A stretch of 64,000 bases of DNA from NCBI GenBank assembly GCA_963845385.1, contig CAWJRW010000006.1, positions 1,544,910-1,608,909 on the forward strand. Reading direction: 5' to 3'. A program made the position numbers and the translations under genes. Positions 23,667 to 32,599 of the stretch are shown one piece after another (within the stretch, counting starts at the first letter, position 1; the number at the start of each line of letters is the position of its first letter). The notes under the pieces were generated by a model. The model was not told the origin of the DNA, did not search any database, and worked only from the letters and a program-made list of their open reading frames with translations. This DNA is from an uncultured Alphaproteobacteria bacterium. Its GTDB lineage: Bacteria > Pseudomonadota > Alphaproteobacteria > CAWJRW01.

Positions 23667-24583
23667 ATGGTCCGCATCGCGCTTCTCTTATGCATCGCGA
23701 TCTTCGCGCTTGCCGGATGCAACGAGGGGGAGCAGCGAAGCGCGAGCGCGCCTGCGCCGCCTCCTGCGGAGCGGGCGTCCGGCGCAGCGGGGGTCCAAGA
23801 CATCACCGTCACCGCCGAGATGCGGGCAGAAAAACCGAAGCTCGCCTACAGTCACGACCTTGCGCTCGAAATGGCGGCCGCGACGGTTGCGCCGCGCTTC
23901 GAGCGCGCGCGCAACGCCTGCCTCGAAGAGGCGGCGCTCAACTGCAGCCTCGTGCGCGCCTCGATCTATGTCGGCGATCCGAACACCGGCCAGCCGCCGG
24001 AAGCGACGCTCAACGTGCGCCTGCCCCACGACCAGATCGCGGCCTTCGAGAAAATTCTCTTCGCACGGCTCCCGGGCGAGGGCGAAGGCGAGCCTTTGCT
24101 GCGCCAGCGCACGACCGATGCCGAAGATCTGACCTACGCCATCGCCGACAACGACCGGAGGCTTGCCCAGGCGATGGATTATCGCGAACGGCTCTTGGTG
24201 TTGAGCAAGCAAAGCGGCGCCAAGGTGGCGGACCTCATCCAGATCGAGGAAAAGCTGTCGGAGGTGCAGAGCAACATCGAGCGATGACGGCCGATCAGCG
24301 CGGCATGAACATTCGCGTGGACACGGAGCTCATGAACGTCGCTCTGAGCGCCCATGCAAGCCTTGCGGTGGTCTCCTCGCCGCTCGCCGAGGCCTGGCGC
24401 GACGCCGCGCGCGTGCTGGGGCAAAGCGCGGCCTCGGCCTTCACCTTCCTCGTCGTCGTCATTCCCTGGCTGCCGCTTATTGCGCTCGCGGGATATCTCT
24501 TGTCGCGGCTGTGGCGGATCGTGCGCCGCCGCCGCGCGCAAGCGGCGACCGCGACGGAAAGCGCTCAGGGCGGCGCAGCGTAG
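23667..24583 (+). pseudogene. DUF4349-family lipoprotein; one frame break near 24283
   Basis: Lipobox LLLCIAIFALAGC. ...KLSEVQSNIE | (A)MTADQRGMNIRVDTELMNVAL..., with a C-terminal TM FLVVVIPWLPLIALAGYLL. The junction needs one extra G (gag gcg). Confidence 0.6.
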
Positions 24584-24598
24584 AGCCCGTTGGAGACT

Positions 24599-24719
24599 TC
24601 ACCTCATCCTTCGAGACGGCCGCATTGCGGCCTCCTCAGGATGAGGTGACATCTTGGTTTGCCTCATGGTGAGGAGCCACCCGAAGCGCGGCGAAGGGTG
24701 GCGTCTCGAACCATGAGGC
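24599..24719. repeat. REP-like palindromes (type I + type II)
   Basis: CACCTCATCCTTCGAGACGGCCGCATTGCGGCCTCCTCAGGATGAGGTG followed by CCTCATGGTGAGGAGCCACCCGAAGCGCGGCGAAGGGTGGCGTCTCGAACCATGAGG, between convergent gene ends. Confidence 0.8.
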
Positions 24720-24747
24720 TTTCCAAGCGAGTTTCTTAGAGAAGCAC

Positions 24748-25680
24748 TTACTTCGCCGGCAGGAAATTGAGGAGCGAGATGGTCTGCAATTGCGACAGGA
24801 TATAAGTCGCGGCTTGGCTTGCCACCTGATCCTGATTCAAGCGCGACACGGCGTCGGCCATGTCCACATCTTCGATGTCGGAGATGAAGCCCTTGATGAA
24901 CACGCTCGTCTGCTCGTGGACTTCGGTGACGCTTTCCACCTGCTGCTGATACTGGCCGTTGCGCGCCACGATGTTGTTCAAGTCCTGTGACACGGTCTTG
25001 AGCGTCGGCAAGATCCCCTGAAGGAACGCTTGCTGTTGCGGGGTGAGCTGGTCCGAGAAGGGGCCGTCTACGCCGGCATTGAAGTCCGCGATGCTCTTCA
25101 AAGCCGTCATGAGCGGCTCGCCGATCTCGTCGGCGAGGAAGGTGTAGTTGAGAGTCTGGCCGGTATCGATCTCGACGCCTCGACGCTGCTGATCGTTGGT
25201 GAAGATCGTCGACGCCGAAGGCGCTGCCGAAAGATCGGCGAGGCTCGAGATATTCACCGGCGCAGTGTTGCCGCGCGAGCCCGCGAAAATATAGCTGCCG
25301 TCGACCTGGGCATTGAGCCCGGAGAGCGCTTGGCGGAAGACGCCGTCGACGGCCTCCATCAGCCCCAAGCCGGAATTGAGGCTCAAGGCGTCGAGCACGT
25401 TCTGGCGCAGCTGGCCCGCGGAGGAGGCGATCTGCTCCAGCTGAACGTTCTGATTTTCGAGCCGGCCGCCGAGCTCGGTCACCGTCTTCTGGAATTGCGC
25501 GATGCGCGTCTCGACGCGCTTGGCCGACAATAAGACGCCCGTATCCTTCGCCAGATCCTTGTAGGTCTGCCCGACCTTTCCCGTCGACACCTGGAGCTGG
25601 GTCTGGAAGGTGCGGGCATTGGTCTTGAGGAGCTCGCTCAAGAGCGTCTGCTGCTGGGAGAGGGTCGCGATGCGGGTCAT
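24748..25680 (-). CDS. flgL: Flagellar hook-associated protein 3 (FlgL)
   Basis: Intact 310-aa ORF directly downstream of flgK. Flagellin-like termini (MTRIATLSQQQTLLSELL... and ...QVASQAATYILSQLQTISLLNFL). Confidence 0.8.
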   Translation of the reverse strand: MTRIATLSQQQTLLSELLKTNARTFQTQLQVSTGKVGQTYKDLAKDTGVLLSAKRVETRIAQFQKTVTELGGRLENQNVQLEQIASSAGQLRQNVLDALSLNSGLGLMEAVDGVFRQALSGLNAQVDGSYIFAGSRGNTAPVNISSLADLSAAPSASTIFTNDQQRRGVEIDTGQTLNYTFLADEIGEPLMTALKSIADFNAGVDGPFSDQLTPQQQAFLQGILPTLKTVSQDLNNIVARNGQYQQQVESVTEVHEQTSVFIKGFISDIEDVDMADAVSRLNQDQVASQAATYILSQLQTISLLNFLPAK

Positions 25681-25701
25681 GGAAAGCTCCGGCCAAACGC
25701 G

Positions 25702-27861
25702 TCAGACGGCGTTGAGCAGCGCCTGGAAAAGGTCGTTCGAGGCTTGAATGAGACGCGCGGCGGCGTTGTAGGACTGCTGATACTGGATCATGTTCGCGAG
25801 CTCTTCGTCGAGATTGACGCCCTCGATCGCGGTCATGCGGTCGTTGATGTCCGCTTGCAGGGACTGGTTCTCGTCGCGCAAGGCGTCGGCTTGCGCCGCG
25901 AGATGTCCGGCGTCCGAAAGCACCGTGCCGGCATAGCTCGACAGCGTCGCCTGCAGATTGCCGAGATCGCCGGCGGCCGAAAAGCTGATGGCATTGTCTT
26001 GCACGGCCGAGAGCGCGAGCGCGCCGCGATTGTCGCCCGCGCCCAGCACCATGTCGCCCGGCGCGGTCGCGGGCGAAAGGTCGATCTGCGCCAGCGCGAG
26101 CTTCGACGGATCCGAAGCGATGCTCGCGCGCAGGCTCAAATTGCGTGCATGATCCATCTGCGCGTTGTCGCCGATGCCGAAAAGCTGCGTGAAGCTCTGC
26201 GCCGTGCCGCCGCGCGCGGTCGTGTCGTTCGCGACTTCGACGCGATAGCCCTGGAAGGCCGCCGTGGGCGTGGCGGTGAGTTGTCCGTTCGCGTCGAGAC
26301 TGAAGGTGAGATAGCCGCCGAGGCCGGTGCCCGCGGTGTTGAGGTCGTTCACGATGTCGCCGATGGTGCCGGCGCCGATCGTATAGGTGTAATCGATGGC
26401 GACCTGGCTGTTCGGGCCGCGCAGCACGAGCTCGAAAGTCTGGCCGGGCGTGAAGCCGTGGGCGTCGGCCGCGCTGAGCCCCGTGTCGAAGGTCGAGGGC
26501 ATCGAGGCCTGGAAGAGATCGTTGAGACCGAAGAAGTGCGCGAACCCCCGGCCGCCGCGGTCGCTGGCGGTGGCGGCGTCCTGCACCACGGCCACCCCGT
26601 TCGCGGGCAGGGCCGCGTTGAGCGTCATCACGCCATTGGCAAAAGCGAGATTGCCGTCCGCGCCGAGGCCCGTGTTGATGGCCGCCACCATGTCGTCCAC
26701 GGTCGCGCCGCCGAAGGCCACCGGCCCGGCGCCATTGACGCTGTAAGTGCCGGCGTCGAAGTCCACATCGACGCGCCGCACGAGCGCGCCCGTCGAATCC
26801 GCGACCACGAACGTCGCCTTGCCCGTGAATCCGTAATCGTCGGTGCCGAGAAGCCCGGTGTTGCGGCCGGTGAGCGCGTTGGCGGCGGGGCTCGCCGCGT
26901 TCTCGTTGTGCGCGGCGTTGAGCGCGTCGGCGAAACGGCCGGCAAGCTCGCCGATCTCCTTGGCGAGAGCGGGCAAGACCTGGCTCCGCATGTTGAGGAG
27001 CCCGCGCAGCTTGCCGTCGCCGAGATGCGGCTCGAGCGCCGTGCCTTGCGGAACGAGCGAGCCGGTATTGGGATCGAGGCGGCGAATGACGATGGGCGCG
27101 AACATCGTCTGCGAGCTGATGGGCCCCGGCGGCGTGTAATCGAGCTGAAAGAGCTGCTCGGTGACGAGCGGCACGCCGTCCTGCGTCGTGACATAGAGCT
27201 TGCCGTTCGCCTGCTCGGCCGTGCGCACGTTCATGAGCTCGGCCAAAGCGCGCACGGCCTGGTCGCGCTGATCGCGCAAGCCGGCGGCATCGTTGCCGCT
27301 CAACACCTCGCGCTGGATCTCCGGATTGAGATTGTCGATGCGCTTCAGCGCCTCGTTGATGGTCGTGATGGTCGAAGTGACCTGCTGCTCGGTATCGGAG
27401 CGGATCGACTGGATGTGGTCGAACAGGCTCGAGAACATGTCGGCCGTGCCGCTGAGCGAGGTCAAGAGCGATTGGCGGCGGATGGTGGAGGTGGGATCGA
27501 TGGACAGATCGCTGATCGCGGCAAAGAGCTGATCGATGCGCCCGCTGAGCGAGCTGTTCTGATCCGGGCGTCCGAACAAGCCCTGAATGCTGTCGTGAAT
27601 CTGCGCCTCGGCGTCGTAGCGCGCCGCGGACGATGTCACCTTGAGCGACTCGCGCGCGAGAAACGTCGCCGCCGCCCGCCTGATCTCGGCGATCTGCACG
27701 CCGCCGGAGGTCGAGCCGTATTGGACCGGCTGCAACTCGATGATGCGCCGCTTGTAGCCCGGCGTGTTGACGTTGGCGATATTCGACGCAGTGGTGCCGA
27801 GCGCGGTCTGATTGGTCTGCAGCGCGGAAAGCGCGTTGGAAAGAATCGAGCCGACCGCCAT
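25702..27861 (-). CDS. flgK: Flagellar hook-associated protein 1 (FlgK)
   Basis: ORF 25702..28038(-) trimmed to MAVGSILSNALSALQTNQTALGTTASNIANVNTPGYKRR (rod/hook N-terminal consensus). C-terminus EELANMIQYQQSYNAAARLIQASNDLFQALLNAV. Confidence 0.9.
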   Translation of the reverse strand: MAVGSILSNALSALQTNQTALGTTASNIANVNTPGYKRRIIELQPVQYGSTSGGVQIAEIRRAAATFLARESLKVTSSAARYDAEAQIHDSIQGLFGRPDQNSSLSGRIDQLFAAISDLSIDPTSTIRRQSLLTSLSGTADMFSSLFDHIQSIRSDTEQQVTSTITTINEALKRIDNLNPEIQREVLSGNDAAGLRDQRDQAVRALAELMNVRTAEQANGKLYVTTQDGVPLVTEQLFQLDYTPPGPISSQTMFAPIVIRRLDPNTGSLVPQGTALEPHLGDGKLRGLLNMRSQVLPALAKEIGELAGRFADALNAAHNENAASPAANALTGRNTGLLGTDDYGFTGKATFVVADSTGALVRRVDVDFDAGTYSVNGAGPVAFGGATVDDMVAAINTGLGADGNLAFANGVMTLNAALPANGVAVVQDAATASDRGGRGFAHFFGLNDLFQASMPSTFDTGLSAADAHGFTPGQTFELVLRGPNSQVAIDYTYTIGAGTIGDIVNDLNTAGTGLGGYLTFSLDANGQLTATPTAAFQGYRVEVANDTTARGGTAQSFTQLFGIGDNAQMDHARNLSLRASIASDPSKLALAQIDLSPATAPGDMVLGAGDNRGALALSAVQDNAISFSAAGDLGNLQATLSSYAGTVLSDAGHLAAQADALRDENQSLQADINDRMTAIEGVNLDEELANMIQYQQSYNAAARLIQASNDLFQALLNAV

Positions 27862-27930
27862 GAGCGTACCCGCGTCTCTTCGCAAAACCGCCTTGGCCGG
27901 ACGAAGAACAGACCAAGTCGAAAGCTTGCG

Positions 27931-27946
27931 TGCAAGTGAAGTGCCA
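27931..27946 (-). promoter_or_regulatory. Sigma-54 (-24/-12) promoter for flgK-flgL
   Basis: Minus strand reads TGGCAC-TTCAC-TTGCA, a perfect match to TGGCAC-N5-TTGCW. The -12 element lies about 70 nt upstream of the flgK ATG. Confidence 0.7.
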
Positions 27947-28032
27947 GGGCCGCGACGCCGAAATGCCGCGTATTTTCGCGACTTTTTCGGCGCGCCGCGC
28001 GCGCCTCGAACGGAAGTTTTGGCCCTGGCGCG

Positions 28033-28047
28033 CGGCAAGACTTGCCG
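28033..28047. promoter_or_regulatory. Perfect 15-bp palindrome CGGCAAG-A-CTTGCCG: candidate FlbD (ftr-like) enhancer shared by the divergent sigma-54 promoters
   Basis: Lies roughly 85-90 bp upstream of each sigma-54 promoter (27946 on the minus strand, 28135 on the plus strand). Dyad symmetry fits a dimeric bEBP site, and flbD is encoded 8 kb away. Confidence 0.5.
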
Positions 28048-28134
28048 GGCGCGAACGAAACCGCGCGCGCTCGAGGATCGGTGCGTCGCGCGAATTCGCG
28101 CTCGAATTCAAGAGCTTCGCGCCGTCGCCCGGCG

Positions 28135-28150
28135 TGGCGCGCGGCTTGCT
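28135..28150 (+). promoter_or_regulatory. Sigma-54 (-24/-12) promoter for fliK-flgD-flgE
   Basis: TGGCGC-GCGGC-TTGCT, one mismatch to TGGCAC-N5-TTGCW. Ends 38 nt upstream of the fliK ATG at 28188. Confidence 0.65.
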
Positions 28151-28187
28151 TCACGCCTTCCGGCGCAATCTTGCGCGCAGAGGCACC

Positions 28188-29726
28188 ATGTCCGAGACGG
28201 CGCAGCTTCTCAATCTTCTGGTCGGCGTGTCAGCAGGCACGACCGCGCCGAAGGCCGCGCATGCCGGTCAGGCCAAGGCGGGCGCCTCGGCCCCCGACGG
28301 ATTTCTCGCGCTGCTCGCGCTCGCCGGCGCCGATGCCAGCGCGAGCGCGGATGCGCTCGCCGCCTCGCTCAAGTCGAACGCCGGTGAAGCGCAGGCGAAC
28401 GGCCTTCCCGCGCCCGCGATTTCGCAAAGCGCCAAGGACAAAGAGACGCCTGTCCAACCCGGCTCATCCGAGAAAACAGAGGCACAGGCGCAAGCCGACG
28501 GCGCCGCTGCCCAATCTCTTCTCCTCTTGTCCTCGTCCGCAACGAGCGAAGGACTTCCGGCCTTGCTCGCGCCGAATGCATCGCCCGAGACGAGCCGCCC
28601 GAGCGCGGAAGACACCGACGGCGCCGCATCCATGACAGCGCGCTCGGCAGATGCGGAGCTTCTTGCTAGCGCACAGCCCAAGCTCGCAGCGCCGACGCCG
28701 CCGCCCGGCCTGCCGCAAGCAAGCGCAACGAGCGACTCCGCTTCGGCAAGCAACACCGCGCCGGGCTCTGCGCCGCCGGCCGCAAATGCCGTCGCAACGG
28801 AAGCCGCGGCGCAAGTTGGCGCCGATCTCGCTTCCAGCGCCAAAGCCGAAGCGCTCGCAGCCGCGACCGAAGCACCAAAGCCCGCGCCGACGCGCGAAGC
28901 CATCGTCAATGCCTCGCTCACAGGCGTCGCGGGCGCGTTGCTCGGCGAGAAGCCCACGTCTTCCGGCACGAAGAGCGCAGCCCAGGCGGACAAGTCCGAG
29001 CCGAAACCTGCCGAGACGCCGCGCGCGGCGCCTCCCGCGCCTCAGAGCGCCGGTCCGCGCAACGCCGCCCCAGAGCCCGCGGCCGAAAAGACGCCTCAGG
29101 CCTCGGCACCGGCGCCGTCCGACGACATGGCCCTGCAGAGCAATACGGCGCGCGCCGCGTCCAACGCCAATCTTGCCTCGCCCCACGAGCAGGCGCCGAG
29201 CCTAGACAGCGCAGCACCTTCGCAAGCTCTCGCCTACACGCAGGCGCAAGGCGCTCATTCCGCGGTGCCCGTGATCGTGCTGCGCGCGGCGCAAAGCGCG
29301 CAGGGACCCGCGCTGCCGCAGGATCGCATCGCGCTCGCCATCGTGCGCCAGCTCGAGGCCGGCGTGAGCCGCTTCGAGATCCGTCTCGACCCGCCCGAGC
29401 TCGGACGCATCGACGTCAAGATGAGCCTGCGCGCGGACGGCCATGTGAGCGCGCAGCTCACCGCCGACCGGCCCGACACGCTCGAGCTTCTGCAGCGCGA
29501 CGCGCGCGTGCTCCAGCGCGCGCTCAGCGATGCGGGCCTCACCATGGACTCGGGCTCGCTCTCCTTCGGCTTGCGCGACCGGGGCGGGCGCCAGGTCTTC
29601 GACCAGGACGAAGCGTCGCCGTCGATCGCCGCGGTCGATGCGGAAGACGAGACCGCGGAGGCGTTGGCTTACGGCATTCCGCTCCTGGCAAGCCTCGAGC
29701 CCGGACGCGTCGACTTACGGGTTTAG
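28188..29726 (+). CDS. fliK: Flagellar hook-length control protein FliK
   Basis: ORF 27930..29726(+) trimmed to MSETAQLLNLL. Long Ala/Pro/Ser-rich spacer, then a C-terminal Flg_hook-type domain (FEIRLDPPELGRIDVKMSLRADGHVSAQLTADRPDTLELLQRDARVLQRAL). Confidence 0.8.
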   Translation: MSETAQLLNLLVGVSAGTTAPKAAHAGQAKAGASAPDGFLALLALAGADASASADALAASLKSNAGEAQANGLPAPAISQSAKDKETPVQPGSSEKTEAQAQADGAAAQSLLLLSSSATSEGLPALLAPNASPETSRPSAEDTDGAASMTARSADAELLASAQPKLAAPTPPPGLPQASATSDSASASNTAPGSAPPAANAVATEAAAQVGADLASSAKAEALAAATEAPKPAPTREAIVNASLTGVAGALLGEKPTSSGTKSAAQADKSEPKPAETPRAAPPAPQSAGPRNAAPEPAAEKTPQASAPAPSDDMALQSNTARAASNANLASPHEQAPSLDSAAPSQALAYTQAQGAHSAVPVIVLRAAQSAQGPALPQDRIALAIVRQLEAGVSRFEIRLDPPELGRIDVKMSLRADGHVSAQLTADRPDTLELLQRDARVLQRALSDAGLTMDSGSLSFGLRDRGGRQVFDQDEASPSIAAVDAEDETAEALAYGIPLLASLEPGRVDLRV

Positions 29727-29765
29727 CTTTGGACCGCACACGGCATTCTTGAAAGAGACCACGCC

Positions 29766-30458
29766 ATGGCCATCGATCCCATCTCGAGCAGCGCCCTTGT
29801 GCCCCCGGCCGCCTCGGCCCTGAGCGGCAACGCGGCCGCCGGTGCCTCATCGCTTGCGGACAATTTCAATACGTTTCTCATCTTGCTCACGACGCAGCTC
29901 AAAAATCAGGACCCGCTGTCGCCGATGGATTCGAGCGAGTTCACCCAACAGCTCGTTCAATTCTCGTCCGTCGAGCAGCAGATTCACGCCAACAAGAATC
30001 TCGAGAACTTGATCGCGCTGCAAAAGGCGGGCGCCGGCGCCGCGGCCGTCGGCTATATCGGCCGCGAAGTCACCGCTGAAACCGACACCGCCGCGCTCAA
30101 GGACGGCCATGCCTCCTGGAGCTACGCGCTCGACGGCAATGCGGAGGAGACGAGCATCCTCATCAAGGACCAGACCGGAAAAGTGGTTGCGACGCGCAGC
30201 GGCGAGACCGGCATCGGCAAGCACGTCTTCACGTGGGACGGTCTCAACAATATGGGCCAGCCCATGCCGGACGGCGCCTACACCGTCGAGATGAGCGCCA
30301 GCGCCGCGGGCGGCACGCCGGTCACGGTCGTCACCGGGATCACGGGCATCGTGACGGGCGTGGTCTTGACCGGCGACGAGCCCGAGCTCGCCGTCGACGG
30401 CGTCACCGTGAAGTTGAGCGACATTCTCTCGGTCAGCGACAGGACGACCTCGAGCTGA
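29766..30458 (+). CDS. flgD: Flagellar hook assembly/capping protein FlgD
   Basis: Intact ORF. FLILLTTQLKNQDPLSPMDSSEFTQQLVQFSSVEQQI is the FlgD signature. Confidence 0.9.
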   Translation: MAIDPISSSALVPPAASALSGNAAAGASSLADNFNTFLILLTTQLKNQDPLSPMDSSEFTQQLVQFSSVEQQIHANKNLENLIALQKAGAGAAAVGYIGREVTAETDTAALKDGHASWSYALDGNAEETSILIKDQTGKVVATRSGETGIGKHVFTWDGLNNMGQPMPDGAYTVEMSASAAGGTPVTVVTGITGIVTGVVLTGDEPELAVDGVTVKLSDILSVSDRTTSS

Positions 30459-30558
30459 ACGGGCTTGTCATGACACGGCGCGCGGACGGCGCGCCCTTCC
30501 CCATCAACGCTTCGGCGCGGCGGCAAAGCACCCGCGCCAAGCCGAAAGGAGCTGAACG

Positions 30559-31936
30559 ATGAGCATCTATGGTGCTCTCTTTGCCGGCGTGTCGGGGCTT
30601 TCGGCCAATTCGGTCGCGCTCGGCATCATTTCCGACAACATCGCCAACGTGAACACGGTGGGCTACAAGCGCCACCAGTCGAGCTTCTCGACGCTGGTCA
30701 CGGGCGCGGGCTCGTCGACCTTCTCGCCCGGCGGCGTGCGTGCCGGCAACCGGCTGCTCATGGACAATCAGGGCCTGATCCTGGGCTCGGAATCGCCCAC
30801 CGATCTCGCCATCTCGGGCGACGGCTTCTTCGTCATCTTCGGCGGCGCCGACGACGAGCGCGGCCAACACGCCCGTGCTCTACACGCGCGCGGGCTCGTT
30901 CGTGAAGGACGCGAGCGGCTTCCTGCGCAACGCCGCGGGCTATTATCTCTTGGGCTGGCCCGTCGCCTCGGACGGCAGCGTGCCCGCAACGCCCTCCGAT
31001 CTCACGCAGCTGCAGAGCCTCAATCTCGAGTCGATCGGCGGCACGGCCGAGCCCACGACCAACGTCACGCTCAACGCCAATCTGCAGGCAAGCCAGGCCG
31101 TCTCGGTCCAGGAGGCGACCTACGATCCCACCGCCTCTGGGACCAACATGGCGTCCGGTGGAGTGACGCCGGATTTCGAAAGCTCGATCCAGATCTTCGA
31201 CTGCCAGGGCGGCTTCCGCACGCTCACCTTGAGCCTGCTCAAGAGCGCGACGCCCAATCTGTGGCACGCCGAGCTCCATGTCGTGCCGCCGCCGATGTCA
31301 CGACGGGTGCGGGCCTCATCGACGGCCAGGTCGCCATGGGCACGATCGCTTTCACGACAAGCGGTCTTTTGGACATGGCGGCGACTTCACCGTCGCTGCT
31401 CAACGTCGACTTCCTGGCCTCGGGTGCGGCACCGGGCGCTGGCGAGGTGGCCTGGGATCACGAGCCTCGGCATCGGCGCGCAATCGGTGGCCATCAGCCT
31501 CGGCACGACAGGGAGCTTCACGCAATTCGACAGCCCCTCGAACCTCATCTCCTATCAAGTGAACGGTGCGGTGTTCGGCGGGCTCGCCGGCGTGCGCGTG
31601 GACGAAAAGGGCTTCGTCACGGCGCTGTTCGACAACGGCGTGCAACGGAAGCATTTACCAAATCCCCGTCGCCACCTTCATCAATCCCGCCGGCCTTCAG
31701 GCCGAGAACGGCAACGCCTATCTCGGTCACCAATGACAGCGGCTCCTTCAACCTCAAGATCCCGGGCGACGGCGGGCGCGGGCAAGATCTCGGCCTCCTC
31801 GCTCGAAAGCTCGACGGTCGACATCGCGGAGGAGTTCACGGGGCTTATTACAACGCAACGCGCCTATTCAGCGGCAACACGTATTATTACGACAGCAGAT
31901 GAAATGTTGAATGAGCTTATACAGACGCGCCGGTAA
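30559..31936 (+). pseudogene. flgE: Flagellar hook protein FlgE; at least six frame breaks (about 30855, 31290, 31455, 31655, 31722, 31775)
   Basis: MSIYGALFAGVSGLSANSVALGIISDNIANVNTVGYK... | ...TPVLYTRAGSFVKDASGFLRN... | AADVTTGAGLIDGQ... | ITSLGIGAQS... | YQIPVATFINPAGLQAENGNAYL | VTNDSGSFNL | ...SSLESSTVDIAEEFTGLITTQRAYSAATRIITTADEMLNELIQTRR. Segments alternate among all three frames. Confidence 0.9.
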
Positions 31937-31943
31937 TACTTTA

Positions 31944-31982
31944 CTCCGGGCAATTCTACTCAGAATTGCCCGGAGTTTTATT
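31944..31982 (+). terminator. Rho-independent terminator after flgE
   Basis: Perfect 13-bp stem CTCCGGGCAATTC / GAATTGCCCGGAG with a 6-nt loop, followed by TTTTATT. Confidence 0.8.
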
Positions 31983-32098
31983 CAAAATTGACACAATCTT
32001 TCCGCAATAGGCGGGTTTTCGCTGTGTCGCTTAGCCCTTTCTTAAAGGGGAAACCTTATTCTTGGCACCAGAGTGGCGTTCCTAGGAGTTCCGCCGAG

Positions 32099-32374
32099 AT
32101 GAGTGCCGAGCCTCGCGGAAAGATCAATTACGTGATCGGGCCTGATGGCAGCCCGCTCACCGTGACCGATCTGCCGCCCCCCAACACGAAGCGGTGGGTG
32201 ATCCGCCGCAAGGCGGAGGTCGTGGCGGCCGTACGCGGCGGCTTGATCAGTCTCGAGGATGCCTGCAGCCGCTACAATCTCACGGTCGAAGAGTTTCTGG
32301 CCTGGCAGCGCGCGATCGAGCGCTTCGGCTTGCCGGGCCTGCGCGCGACACGTCTGCAGCAATATCGTCAATAA
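32099..32374 (+). CDS. sciP: DUF1153 protein = CtrA inhibitor SciP homologue
   Basis: ORF 31988..32374(+) trimmed to MSAEPRGKINYVIGPDGSPLTVTDLPPPNTKRWVIRRKAEVVAAVRGGLISLEDACSRYNLTVEEFLAWQR. AGGAG RBS 11 nt upstream of the ATG at 32099. About 91 aa, as for SciP. Confidence 0.8.
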   Translation: MSAEPRGKINYVIGPDGSPLTVTDLPPPNTKRWVIRRKAEVVAAVRGGLISLEDACSRYNLTVEEFLAWQRAIERFGLPGLRATRLQQYRQ

Positions 32375-32599
32375 GCGACATTAACTGACGCGACGACAAT
32401 GGACGTTGCGTCCAATGCGTGTGCGCGATTTCGGCACAGATGCGCGCGAACTTGCATTTTTCCTTGTCGCGTTAAATCAACTTTTACAGGGCTCCGGGTA
32501 ATTTTTGCCTAGCCTCGGCGTACGCGCTGGAGCCTCGCCGCCGGCCCTGAGTTTAGGTCACGGGGCGTTCCCGTAATCGGCTAACGCGAACGAGCAGCT

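Noticed and set aside
24599-28111. 1170-aa minus-strand ORF spanning flgL and flgK in another frame, plus the 731-aa antisense ORF 25744..27939
   Set aside because: Its Arg/Gly/Ala/His-rich composition shows no recognisable domain. The overlapping frames encode bona fide FlgL and FlgK with canonical termini.
32063-32078. Sigma-54-like motif TGGCAC-CAGAG-TGGCG upstream of sciP
   Set aside because: The -12 element is TGGC rather than TTGC. The implied start (about 32089) would fall on or after the AGGAG RBS (32084-32088), leaving no functional leader for the ATG at 32099.
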